The position numbers were made by a program, and so were the translations under genes. Positions 26,476-39,432 of a DNA stretch of 64,000 nt are shown here, in pieces. The DNA comes from Eledone cirrhosa (taxonomy: Eukaryota). Within the stretch, counting starts at the first letter, position 1; each line of letters starts with the position of its first letter. Where the stretch lies: the NCBI GenBank assembly GCA_964016885.1, contig OZ024741.1, positions 302,994,001 to 303,058,000 on the forward strand, written 5' to 3'. The notes below the pieces were generated by a model. That model was not told the DNA's origin and did no database searches. It saw nothing but the letters and a program-made list of their open reading frames with translations.

Positions 26476-29029
26476 AGCTGGCTCCGAGTGACGGAGGCGA
26501 AAAGTGGCAACAAGTCCACGATTCGGTCTTTGAAGGACTAAGACGGACGCGTTATACGTGAGCCGAAGCAGATGTGCGCGGCCTTTCAGCGGCACTTTGC
26601 TCAACTATTCGGGCAGGGCGGCGCGCCGGGAGGGGCTATGGATTTCAGTCCATACCTGAACGACCTGCCGCGACTCTCGGACAGCGAGGCGAAGTTCTGC
26701 GAAAGGCCGATTTCGACCGCTGAGATAGGGGACGCGCTGAGTCAATGCGGCAAGCGCAAATCTCCAGGTTTCGACGGTCTACCCTACGAATTTTACGTAG
26801 CAATGCCGGACTTGTTCTCCGATCTCCTGGAAGCGGTCTACTGCAACTGGCCGTAGAACGGGAGAATTCCCAGTTCTGTGACCAAGGGCGTAGTCACGTT
26901 AGTCAGGAAGGACGAGAATAAGGGGGATGACATAGGCAACTTCCGGCCCATAACTCTGCTAAACACAGAGTTACAGATTTTGGCCAAGGTGTTAGCAAAG
27001 AGGCTGGCGCTTGTCGTCGAAAACCTGGTGGGAGAAGCGCAGACATGCGCAATCCCGACCAAGTCCATACACGGCAACCTCCACCTCCTGCCATACATCA
27101 TAGAGAGGGTATGGTGTAAACCCGGCTTCGGTGGAGCCCTGATCAACTTGGATCAGTCTAAGGCTTTCGATAGGGTTTCCATCGTTACCTGGATGCGGTG
27201 CTCGAGGCGGCAGGCTTCGGACCCGTGTTCAGGGGATGGATTGCTGCAGTGCACAGCAGCAACATCTGCTCACGGTCAACGTGAACGGCTACCTCTCGGA
27301 GCCGTTCCATATCACGCGATCCATCCGACAGGGATGCCCTCTCTCCTCCCTTCTGTACATACTGACTTTCGAGCCACTACTGCGGAAGTTGGAGCTATTG
27401 CAGGGCATCCCTTTGGAACCGAGACTGCGAAAAGCGGCGTCAGCCTACGCCGACGACGTGACAGTAATGGTGTCGACCACCTTGCAAATCGGGGAGGTCG
27501 GCACCTTACTGAAGGAATACGAAAGGTTCACAGGAGCGAAGCTGAACTGGGACATATCCGTCGGTTTGCAACTCGGAACGTGGAGAGGCAAACCGATGCC
27601 TTCCGATGGCGTCGTCGGACGCTGGACGGAAGGACCGGTAAAGCTGCTCGGGGTCTGGTTTGGTCCGGACCTCCAGGTGGAGAAGAACTGGAACGATGTG
27701 ACGGCCAAGGTGTTTGCGCTCACCCAGAAGTGGGCCGAGTGCAAACTATCCTTGAAAGGTCGAGTGGAGGTGGCGAACACTTTTATAGCGTCCGTCATCT
27801 ACTACCGCTTGACCATCGTGCCTTGTCCAGCCAAAACGCTCACCAAAATGGAGCGCGCGCTCTTCCAATTCCTTTGGAAGAAACGGGCTCCTTTGGTGAG
27901 AAGATCCATCTGCTGCCAACACCCTTCAAACGGAGGGCTGGGGAAGCCGTGCCTGACGATGCGCAAACACGCGCTCAGGCTGCGGAACCTCCACGTATTC
28001 CTCACCGGACAACCGGTGTGGGCCCCGTTCGTGAGGTGAGCCTTCCCACGACTCATCTCGCTGACCGAGCTGCAGTTCTGGGTCAAGCAAAGACCGAGGA
28101 AAATGGGCGACTGGCACATCGAATGTGCTCAGGCGCTCACAGTCCACTGGCAAACGGACCCGGCGATCAGTGGAGACTCCACTTCGTCATTCTATAGAGC
28201 GTTGGTCTGGGCGTAGAGGAGGACGAACTGGCCAGTCTGTTCGGTAGGACCTTCCGCCCGGGACCGATGGACAACTTCCAAAAGTCCCTGGCCTGGCAGT
28301 GCTACCGAGGAGCTATACCAGTTCGAGACAAGCTCTACAGACACGGGCACCCGGGCATGGACCCTTCGAAAAAGATCTGTTCGAGATGCGTACGCGACGA
28401 GGAAACCGTCGCGCACGCATTTGTACATTGTCCGGGCGCCACCAATCTGTGGGGCTATGTAGAACGACTATTGTCGCGAGTGAGACCAATCCAGTTGACC
28501 ACCGAGTCCATTGTCATAATCAAACCGCCATCGTCCTTCAAAAACGAAAGAGAGGCGGTTTTCCTATGTGTTATGGCTATAGTGAAAGAGGTTATATGGT
28601 GGACGAGGTTAAAAGGGCTGAGGTCAGACACCTTTCTCTCCAGCGAACAACTGATTCGTTGTTTCAAATATCATTTTGGAAGAAGAATCAGGATGGAGAG
28701 AGGTGTGCTGTACCCCAGCAAATTTTATGAAAGGTGGGTGAATGTGGCAAAGATGGCCCGAGTGGTTGGGCCTTCTCTCTATATAAGCCTGTAGGTCGAG
28801 GAAAAAGAGGAACAGAGGAAGGGAGTACTCAATCTTGGTGCTCCTGGAGATGAGGGTTGTACATTTTTTCGGTATGTGTACAACCCCTGTGTAACGCCCC
28901 TCCTCCTATTAGGGATTTCAATTGTTATTTGTTATTTTATTAATAGTTTTATTTTCATATACCTGTATGTAAACTCCCCATCTGTATTTGTCCCCTTCTT
29001 TTGTGCCCTTGTGGCTAATAAAGAAATTT
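26476..29029 (+). mobile_element. Tx1/L1-like LINE, 5'-truncated (copy 2)
   Basis: KSPGFDGLP, NFRPITLLN, LDQSKAFDRV, RQGCPLS, AYADD, zf-RVT; ends aataaagaaattt followed by (ATCT)n. Confidence 0.93.
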
Positions 29030-29290
29030 ATCTATCTATCTTTCTATCTGTCTACTTACCTATCTATCTGTTTAGTGGATATATGTTTGATAATTACTAA
29101 TGAAAATATAGAAGAAATATTTTAATTGATTTAAATGAATGTAAAATGAAATGCGGCGATAACCGCTGAGAGGGTTCAGGAAAATTTGAGAACTGAATCA
29201 TCTTTACATAGAATGTCGTAAACAAAGTATTGTTAAATTAAATACTTTTTTTTACAATAAACCCTGTCATTTTTGGCAGGTACTTTGTTA

Positions 29291-29356
<66 letters not shown>

Positions 29357-29358
<2 letters not shown>

Positions 29359-29480
29359 TAAAATAACAGATTAAAGTTTAAGCAAAGAATCGCCGCTTTC
29401 ACCCTTAACGGGATCTTCTGAAACTAAAAAAGTCAATCTGTGAACGCAGAAGTAAATAATTCAAAAAACGTTGCAACCGA
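29357..29480. mobile_element. TA-flanked mini-element, family C (single arm)
   Basis: aataacagattaaagtttaagcaaagaatcgccgctttcaccctta is shared with 36649, 37530 and 47678. Confidence 0.75.
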
Positions 29481-29512
29481 ATATACATTTGTATATATAT
29501 ATTTGTATATAT

Positions 29513-29586
<74 letters not shown>

Positions 29587-29590
<4 letters not shown>

Positions 29591-29720
29591 AAACATCCTG
29601 TATACGGGAATCAAATCTCATATCTCCCGGATACCTGGAGATATGGAGTTCGAGATCTCATAGCTTCCGATGGCAACTTCTTTTCCGTCTTTAAGAGCCT
29701 TGACCATATTTTATAACCTC
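29587..29720. mobile_element. Fold-back mini-element, family D (copy 2)
   Basis: catatctcc..ggagatatg hairpin and ttttccgtctttaag..cc.tattttataa resemble 5270-5387. Confidence 0.55.
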
Positions 29721-29780
29721 ATAACATCTCCACGCAGGAGCACACTATTCTTTACACACACACACACACACACACACAGA

Positions 29781-29990
29781 TAAGGAATTAAACCAATTTT
29801 AAATTAGTTAGACCATTTTTCAACAGAGTATTCGATACTTGCTTGGAGTAGTACAGTGTCATGATATTAGAAAGAGTTGGGTCCCGACGGTTTAGCTCTT
29901 GCCGTTTAGACAGTTAGTTCCAGACTCGAGTTTTGAACTAGCTGTCGAAACGGCAAGAGCTCAGCCCTCGGGCACCGACTCTTTCTAATA
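29781..29990 (+). mobile_element. Diverged fold-back mini-element, family A (copy 6)
   Basis: Arms tattagaaagagttgg...tagttc / gaactagctgtcgaaacggc...ctttctaata; tail similar to family A. Confidence 0.7.
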
Positions 29991-30159
29991 TATATATATG
30001 AGGGTATGTATATTCAGAGAGAGATAGAGCGGGAGGGGGGGGGGGGGTGAAAGAGATGGAGAGAGAGAGAGAGAGTGGGAAGTAGAGAGAGTGGGAAGTG
30101 AGAGAGAGAGAGAGAGAGAGTGGGAAGTGGAGATGGAGAGAGAGAGAAATAAATAAATA

Positions 30160-30455
<296 letters not shown>

Positions 30456-31250
30456 GAATAGATATAGAACGACAGATATAAAACAAAATATTGAAAGCGA
30501 GAGAAACAAGAGGAAAATAAAAAGCAGGAAATAGGAATGTGGAGAGATAACGTCAGGAAAGACAGGAAAAAGAAAGAATGATTAAGACATACAAAGAGAT
30601 AAGCAGTCAGCGGTACAGAAAAAGAAATAAAAAAGAAGATAAGCTTATGAAAAGAAAATGGCGACCAGCCAGACAGATAGATAAACAAAGCGGCTGATAA
30701 AAATTCAGTCAAGCGAGAGAAATCAATTATATTTAGGCTGGTTCCAGAGATTTGCTTTAACATTTTGGCATTGAACCAGTCTTTTAAGAAGCTAGAAATA
30801 TGGGGCTTAAGCGTTTCTTGTCTCACCCAAAGATGTTCATAGTGTCTGCATCTTGTGTGGTAAGTTAGAGTAACGTTCTGTTGGGAAAAAAACCCATCTA
30901 TCATCCTTCGTAGTTTGTTTTAATATATGAATCAGTGTAAATATGTATAAGTATGTATGTATGTATGTATGTATGTATGTATGTATGTATGTATGTATGT
31001 ATGTATGTATGTATGTATGTATGTATGTATGTATGTATGTATGTATTTATGTATGCATGTATGTATGCATAAATTTGTATATGCCTGTGTGTATGTATTC
31101 ATACATTTGTATATGCGTGTGTGTGTATATATAAAATCATAAATATTTATGCATATTAACATATATCACTAACCTAACAGGATCCAGGCGTACATGAAAG
31201 CACACACACACACACATACACTCATTGAATTAGTTCATTCTGGATAAGAT

Positions 31251-32170
31251 TTAACCTGGGTCTTTGTAGTTACGTAACATATACTTCACAGCGTAGGGGC
31301 AGCGATTAAAAATAATCGGTCTTGTGTAGAGACAAATACTATTATGTAATCTCTGCAAGATATTCATTCTTTCATCGATACACAGCCTACAGTACAAATT
31401 CCCATTCCTGTATGACCTAGACTTGGTCAGAACTTTCTCATTGAATGGCGTAATCAACGTCTGCATCTTTGAGTGACCATATGTGGCTTGCTAGCTTCGT
31501 GGACGATCGAATGTTTAAAGATCGTCCGATGGTTAAAGAAGCGTTCTTGTAACCAGCTCTCCACCATGCCTACGTAGGTATGTTACACTGATGTTGAAGG
31601 GGGCATGCTTCTGGCCTTCTGCAAGAGCATTAGGGTTTGGGTGAGCTCTTGGAGTTGTTGGTGATGTGGACTTTCATATTTTGAGCATAGAAATATCCAA
31701 GATTCCTACGTACATTGGTTTTAACACTGAGCGTGAAGGGTAGGCAGAACCAAATTAATTTTTATTTCTATTTCTTTTTCTATTGGTAGGAGGGGAGTAA
31801 GAAATGTTATCTGAGAAGCCGCTGTGTTATAGTAAAGTGCCGCTCTGTCAAATATGGCCTTGTTAGAAGAAAGATTAGAAATCCTTGTAGTGATATTTTT
31901 AATGAAGAGTGGTGAGTAACATGAGTCTTTGTGTATATACGTCAATTTTTCATTAAGTTTGTGGAAAGGTCTGAATGTGTGTGTGCGAAGGTCTAGATTG
32001 ATGTTTAATTAATCTATGCTAGTCAGGTTTGTGGTTAGAGTGATCTTAAGTCCCAACTTATTGAATGTAGCTATTAGGTCTTTTCTAAAACGGTCAAGGT
32101 CGTGATTCCCGGACTTCAACATGGGTTTATACCGAGACGACGGTCTGACCCCATGTTGAAGTCCGGGAAT
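31251..32170 (-). mobile_element. Decayed Penelope-like element (RT C-terminus to GIY-YIG) with a 5' inversion
   Basis: Minus strand: DRFRKDLIATFNKLGLKIT..FRPFHK..YIHKDS..RISNLSS, YVG..RFFNH, CRLCIDER..RCP; plus-strand inverted piece encodes GLYRDDGL. Confidence 0.82.
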
Positions 32171-32434
32171 CTGACTCGCAACGGATCTAATATGTATAAT
32201 CCAACCAAATCGCCTACAACAGCACTATCAAATGATCCCTTGAGACATCTAATAGATCTGAAGTAGTTGACTTTTTTTAATAAATCTGTTTTTTTTCTCT
32301 AAGATTTTCTTTTTCGTTTCTGCCACTGTCCACTCCAACTTTCTATTTCTTCTTTCTATTTTCTAATGATAAACTAATGATATATTTCTCCATTGTACTG
32401 TGTCGTTTGCTGTTATTTCTGTATGCATTTTCCT

Positions 32435-32516
<82 letters not shown>

Positions 32517-32605
32517 AAATAAGATTTCGCTTCAAGCATAGCTTTATACAAAAATGTATAGAAATCTCGTATTTCGAAAGAAACACCGTTTTAGGAAGCC
32601 GTAGC

Positions 32606-32646
<41 letters not shown>

Positions 32647-32817
32647 GTATATATATAAAGTGACACACACACACATATATATATATAAATAAATAAGTAT
32701 GAGTGTCTATATTATCGTTTGAAACAGACCACTATTACTGTTAGACGAATTCATATAGGAGGAAACAGAACTAGTTCTGTGTGTCATTAAAATAATGTCT
32801 ACATATATGTATATGTA

Positions 32818-32869
<52 letters not shown>

Positions 32870-32876
<7 letters not shown>

Positions 32877-33225
32877 GTGAGGTTTTTTTTACAAAATGAA
32901 AAATAACCGAGGTGTCCTACACGTGTGAAAGTATAAAGAAAAAAAGATGAAATCGAAAATGCAACTGGAATCTTATTTTAAAAAAAAATATATATATATT
33001 TATTTGGTTCCTTTACCGGTTTCGCAGTTCTTCTGCTTTTCAAAAGTGGAGTTGAGATGGAGGGTCTGTGGTTTTTCTCACATCTGATGTGAGAAAAACC
33101 ACAGACCCTCCATCTCAACTCCCCTTTTGAAAAGCAGAAGAACTGCGAAACCGGTAAAGGAACCAAATAAATATATATATTTTTTTAAAAAATAAGACTC
33201 CAGTTGCATTTTCGATTTCATCTTT
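32870..33225. mobile_element. TA-flanked fold-back mini-element with paired U3-A8 hammerheads
   Basis: ~70 bp tail, then near-perfect ~140 bp arms 32944-33085 / 33087-33225 with a 1-nt loop. Confidence 0.88.
33123..33160 (+). ncRNA. Minimal hammerhead ribozyme, UUGAAAA (U3-A8) core
   Basis: cctt-UUGAAAA-gcag aagaa ctgc-GAAAC cg GUA-aagg; mirror copy at ~33010-33046 on the minus strand. Confidence 0.7.
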
Positions 33226-33289
<64 letters not shown>

Positions 33290-33294
<5 letters not shown>

Positions 33295-33945
33295 AGTCAA
33301 CCAGCATAAACCTTTTATTTCTAAATTTTCTAAACTATCTAAGTATTGGACTCTAACCATTATATTAAGTATTACCACCCCACATTTTGTATGTGTGGAT
33401 GTGTGTGTGTGTCTGTGGGTGTGGGTGTGAGTGTAGTGCAAGCCAACCTACATACGTCTTTTTATTTGTAAATTTTCTACTCCAACCATAAATTTCAGTA
33501 GCACCACTCCACATAAATTCCTCAATTTAAGAATGACCTGTAGTATCTATTCACCTTAATTGAATATATAACCTTAATTGAATATATATCTGACCAGGAA
33601 TGCCTTTTGTGAAAATCAGTCATATGGATCTATTGTCATCTTGCCTGACGGTTTGAACTTTACAACACCACCTGCCTCTTTAAGGTCAAATACCAACCCT
33701 ACTACCATCTACAAACTGACCAATGAGAATCAAGACTATTCCTGCTGACAACATTAATTTATTCCTAACAAGCTCATATGTCCCAAGGCTCTGATACCAT
33801 CAACACTATAAACACAGAGCTGGCATATCTAAGAACTGACTAACTGTCTGATGAGGTCATAGCCATTCAATGGCTATCATCGAAATATATATAGCAGTAA
33901 ATAAAGGATTATGAGTTCATGCAATTGACTTATGTTTCGTCACTA
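33290..33945 (+). mobile_element. TA-flanked PLE 3'-end-like fragment
   Basis: Bounded by (TA)n; ends in a canonical hammerhead, AATAAA and a short tail. Confidence 0.6.
33843..33898 (+). ncRNA. Type I hammerhead ribozyme
   Basis: actgt-CUGAUGA-ggtcatagccat tca atggctatcatc-GAAAU auau AUA-gcagt. Confidence 0.75.
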
Positions 33946-33968
33946 TATATATATATATATATATATAT

Positions 33969-34086
33969 AACGAAGGAGGTGTGGTAAGGAATCAGATGGA
34001 CCATAATGCGCCAGAGTACTCAATACTTAGGGTAGTAGAGTGGGTAATAGGAAAATGCTCTGCCGCCGGGGTTAAACATTTTCCTA
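33969..34086 (+). mobile_element. Family A mini-element (copy 3, hairpin centre deleted)
   Basis: Family A tail followed by taggaaaatg|ctctgccgccggggttaaacattttccta; (TA)n on both sides. Confidence 0.8.
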
Positions 34087-34522
34087 TATATATATATATA
34101 TATATATATACGTGTGTGTGTGTGTATGTGTATAAACGTGTGTGTATGTGTTCCGGGGTGTCTAAGAAAATATGTTTGCGTGAAGTACCCTATCGTAGCT
34201 ATACAGAAGACCTCTAACGAATCAATTAATTCTGCTTCATTAATGCTATTTTCATAAAAACAACCTTATTTGTTTTCATCCAAGTTGCCAGCTGGAAGTA
34301 TGTATATCAACAAGCGTATATACTTACACGATGGCGCGTGCAAGGCGCTATCACACACTATATATACATACCATCAGGTATACAGACATACGTAGAACTA
34401 TCAGTCACATATTAATGAAGCGCAGCTATAAGAGCACATGGAAATACTCCCACAACATACGAACCACCCACAAACAGGTATATGTTCATCATTTAATATA
34501 AACAGAAGGTAGTCTCCATATG

Positions 34523-34562
<40 letters not shown>

Positions 34563-34566
<4 letters not shown>

Positions 34567-34775
34567 AACCAGTAAGACCCCGACAGCTGAGCTCAAGCCG
34601 TTTCGACGGCTAATTCTGGACTAAAAGATTTTTTTTTAGTCCAGAATTAGCCGTCGAAACGGCTTGAGCTCAGCCGTCGGGGTCTTACTGGTTCCTATTA
34701 CCCACTCTACTACTCCAAGTATTGAGTACTTTGGTGCGTTATGGTCCACCTGGTTCCTTACCACATTTCCTTCGT

Positions 34776-34776
<1 letters not shown>
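34563..34776 (-). mobile_element. Fold-back mini-element, family A (copy 4)
   Basis: Arms ~34563-34626 / 34634-34697; tail to 34776; (TA)n on both sides. Confidence 0.85.
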
Positions 34777-34830
<54 letters not shown>

Positions 34831-34841
34831 TTATATATATA

Positions 34842-34897
<56 letters not shown>

Positions 34898-35063
34898 TAT
34901 ATATGTATATGTATATATACACTATATACATATATATATATAAGTATATATATATATATATATATGCATATATATATATATATAGAAATACACACACACA
35001 TATATATATATATATGTATATATATGTATATGTATATATACACTATATACACATATATATATG

Positions 35064-35095
<32 letters not shown>

Positions 35096-35212
35096 CGTGT
35101 GTGTAGTATGTATAAATAAATACATTCTTTATTTTACCTTTCCCGGAAGAATGAAAGGCAAATTTAACCTCAGTGGGATTTGAAATCATAGTGTAAATGC
35201 CCTAAACAAATA

Positions 35213-35409
35213 CAAGGGTCGCCTGAAAGGTTTATAGGCTGACTCTGATGGAATAATGCTAGTGCTGTGAAATCTTGTATGCTTTAACTTCAAATTTTCT
35301 TAATAACTGTATTGTTTCTTTCCAGGGACTATATTGAAAATTAAACCACACTTAGTCTCATTCCATGAGAGTATATTGGTCAGCCTATGAACTTTTCAGT
35401 CGACACAAG
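35213..35409. mobile_element. Mariner-like MITE inserted in a SINE
   Basis: ~30 bp imperfect TIR caagggtcgcctgaaaggtttataggctgac / gtcagcctatgaacttttcagtcgacacaag; TA on both sides. Confidence 0.75.
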
Positions 35410-35621
35410 TACAACAATGCATTTTCGTCACGATTCTGCCAATCCACCTTATATCAGCGCAATGCCGTAGATTTTGAGGAAGGGAAATAGCCAATATTTG
35501 ACTGCTACTTCAATCTTAGCAAAATGAAAATCGAAGTTGTTTTCGATTAGAGTTTGAACAAAAAAAACAATACAAAAACAAAATAAAAACAAAAAAACAA
35601 TATATATATATATATATATAT

Positions 35622-35949
35622 AGTATAAAAAAACGAAAAATCAGTGATGCATCTGGACTCAGTTTATTGCGTGTTACAATTGTTTCGCCGGCAGGTAGCT
35701 CGAGACATGAGAAAATTTGCTCCGAACGAACTGCCCGTGTCCGAAGGAACCTGCAGCCGTAGAATCAGCCAGATCCATACAGTGATCATGTCTCGAGCTA
35801 CCTGCCGGCGAAACAATTGTAACACGCAATAAACTGAGTCCAGATGCATCACTGATTTTTCGTTTTTTTATACTATCCACACTCTCCTCTGTATGAATAT
35901 TGAGTGTTAATTTCGGCATACCGCCTATGGAAGCACCATAGCTACCATT

Positions 35950-35950
<1 letters not shown>
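35622..35950. mobile_element. Fold-back mini-element with perfect ~89 bp arms
   Basis: Arms 35622-35710 / 35786-35874 containing GAAACAATTGTA and AATAAA; ~75 bp tail; TA/CA microsatellite flanks. Confidence 0.85.
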
Positions 35951-36023
<73 letters not shown>

Positions 36024-36111
36024 TGTATACATATACTGTATATATATATACTGTACATATATATATATACTGTATATATATATATACTGTATATATACAC
36101 CTCTATTCTTT

Positions 36112-36163
<52 letters not shown>

Positions 36164-36286
36164 AAAGGAAGTACAGCATAATCGAAGCTCTGGCTGCAGT
36201 TAAGCTAACGAATGCAATCGGAATGTACAGCTAAGCACTCAATAAGGTATTTTACATTAGAGTAATAACATTACGTTTAGACAGCT

Positions 36287-36640
36287 TTGCAAATTGAATA
36301 TTGCAGTAAGCCAGCAGTACGCCAGCCGCAGGGACCAGAACAACGAGATAAAAGGTCCATGGGCTTTGCACCTAGAAGGTTCCCCGCCAAAGCACAAGTC
36401 CAAGCAAGGTTGTTTGTGGAAGACCAGCAGTCGCCCATACATACCGGTCTCCCCTCTCCACGCCACTGATCTTGTCCAAGGGAAAGGCAATGGTCGATAC
36501 AACTTGGCACCAGTGACGTCGCAACTCATTTTGAACTGGAGCAATGTGAAATAAAGTGTTTTGCTCAAGAACACAACGCAAAGTCCGGTCCGAGAATCGA
36601 ACTCACAACCTCATGATTGTAAGCCCAATGCTCTAACAAC
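36287..36640 (-). mobile_element. CORE-type tRNA-derived SINE
   Basis: Minus strand gagttcgattc B box, then gtgttcttgagcaaaacactttatttcac (CORE-like); homologous to 42757-43062. Confidence 0.8.
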
Positions 36641-36648
36641 ATATATAT

Positions 36649-36786
36649 TATTAGTACAGATTAAAAGCTTAAGCAATGAATTTTTGCTTTTACCCTAAGC
36701 GGGATCATCTGCTTAGGGTGAAATTAGATATTCATTGCTTAAACTTTTAATGTGTACTTATAATAAATAGTTGCTCCTCGGATTTA
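36649..36786. mobile_element. Fold-back mini-element, family C
   Basis: agtacagattaaaagcttaagcaatgaat..accctaagc / gcttagggt..attcattgcttaaacttttaatgtgtact plus a short tail. Confidence 0.75.
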
Positions 36787-36974
36787 TATATATACTTATA
36801 TATATATATACAACCCTTATCGTGTCCTCTTTGGATTTTGGTCCTTGTATTTATTATTACTATATACATATCTTTGTCTAACGCCTCCCAAATGTACATA
36901 ACGGTCATTATTTAGTAAACTGAAATATCGAAATGTAGAACACACACACACACGTATATATGTCTAAAAATACA

Positions 36975-37061
<87 letters not shown>

Positions 37062-37068
<7 letters not shown>

Positions 37069-37306
37069 GGGAGACACAAGCAAGCTTTGTTTAGAAACGG
37101 TTAGCGAATTTCAAAATTAGGTAGTAACATGTGCTTACGCCGTATTTGACTAAATAGAATTAGTCTGTTAGTTGGGATTTTAAAAAACCCTTCTGACTAA
37201 CAGACTAATTCTATTTAGTCGAATACGGCGTAAGCACATGTTACTACCTAATTTTGAAATTCGCTTGCCGTTTCTAAACAAATCTTGCTTGTGTTTCCCT
37301 ATTTAT
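37062..37306. mobile_element. TA-flanked fold-back element with ~110 bp arms
   Basis: Arms ~37064-37173 / 37195-37304; apex sequence recurs inverted at ~37461-37494. Confidence 0.85.
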
Positions 37307-37529
37307 ATACATATATATACCTGGTATGGTTATATAGCTTCTAATTAAATAGATAGAACCATGGGTAGCGTGTTGGTGTAATGGTAACACATTGGCCAGG
37401 CAAACCAAAGATGTGAGTCCGTGTCTCATGTACTTCAATACTCATCCTTTTTTCCATTCAGAGGTTTTTAAAAAAATCCCAACAGACTAATTCTTTCTCC
37501 CCCCCCCCACTCTCTCTCTATATATATAG

Positions 37530-37849
<320 letters not shown>

Positions 37850-38492
37850 AGAAAGAATACTCCGTCTCTAAGCGAATTCCAGGTGCCAGTTTGTAATTAG
37901 TATACCTACCACATTCACACAAGGCTTAGAACAATACATTGAGTAGCACAACTGGCATTTGAACCGGAAATGTTACTATTCCCTGATGAATGTCCAACTG
38001 TTTTCCGGTCTCTATCATTTATATTACTTTATGTGTGGTTTTTATTCATTGAAATGATTTGTCTGATTGTATATTTTTGTTTCTATTCTATATTATTACA
38101 ATTTAAAATGACTTAGAAGCCCAGGCACTTAGCATAAAATATAACAGTATTTTATTCAACATTTTCTGTTTTAAAAGAGTTTATACTCTACTGAACGTGC
38201 AAAACTACTGAACATGTGATGCTGCTAACTGATTCTGTCTTTATCTCTTTGGTAAATCAGTCCGTATTTTTTTTTTTTATAACTTTTTTATTCTATAAAT
38301 TGAATTATATAATGTTTGCAATAAAATTGTAATTGGTTTTGTAGCCAAAAAGACAAGATTGGAAGCGGAAAATATGTCGCAACACGTACTTTCCCCAGAT
38401 TAAAGATTTAATTCTCTCGAACAGGAAGAGGTTTATCCCGACTGGGCGATTACCATCACCTCGGTCAAGGCCGGCAGGCTTCAGTTGCAATG

Positions 38493-38655
38493 CAGAGCTG
38501 TCAACCTCTAAAAACCCAAACGGGGAGAAATAAGGCAAAATGAGTAGATTTTACATAATGAAAGCTATACCCATTTTCACAAGAGAAAACATCTCTCACC
38601 CACCCGAAAGTGGGTGGGAGATCTCCCCGTCAGACGGGGTGAATTGACAGGTCTG
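38493..38655. mobile_element. Short-TIR MITE
   Basis: TIR caga(g/c)ctgtcaa; flanks tgcaatg/tgcgatg; subterminal acgggg motifs. Confidence 0.5.
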
Positions 38656-39317
38656 TGCGATGGGAAACCGACAGATAGATGTCTATAACTCTAACTTGTT
38701 CAAATTTCACCTCTGGCTTCCTCAGCCGTTAACCAACACTACAATTTTTGATGTGAAAAAGAATCTTATGCCGAGTCACTGATGAAAGTTTTTCAGAGTT
38801 CTAAAGCATTAAAACTGTTTAAATTATCACATTACTTTCAAAACTGCTCTGCATCTCCATTCATGTATCTATTGTTTATGTGTTTGTATTCTCTGTGTGT
38901 ATATGAGTGTGTATTCTGTGTATTTGTGCGTATGTATGTGTGTGTATTAGTTGGTTTGTTTTGTGTGAGTTCATGTATGTATATATATATATTGTGTATT
39001 TTGTGTTTTGTTGGTGTGCGTATATTCTTTGTATTTTAGGTGTATTTATGTATATTTGTCTAATTGTATGGGAATTTGTATATTCGAAACTCACGTGCAT
39101 CTATTTTATTTTTATGAGAGTATCGACTAAAAAGAGGGAATGGGTGAGAGAAAGAGAGAGAGAGAGAGAGAGTGAGGGAGAGAGAGGGTGAGATAGAGAG
39201 AGTGAGAGAGTAGTAGTAGTAGTGAGTGAGCGATTTAGAGATGCTTGTGATATGTGGGTATATGATATGCAAGAAAATATTTCTACAAGTCTCTTACATT
39301 CCCCATTCTTTCGTTAT

Positions 39318-39432
<115 letters not shown>

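Noticed and set aside
30737-30877. Candidate exon (ag...gtaagt on +, or cag...gtgaga on -)
   Set aside because: The + candidate has stops in all three frames; the - candidate is 51 nt with no recognisable product.
37360-37440. tRNA gene
   Set aside because: A-box-like start only; the T arm and acceptor stem are degenerate.
37960-38012. ctgatga near accggaaa/tttccggt as a hammerhead
   Set aside because: No GAAA box in a position compatible with stem II.
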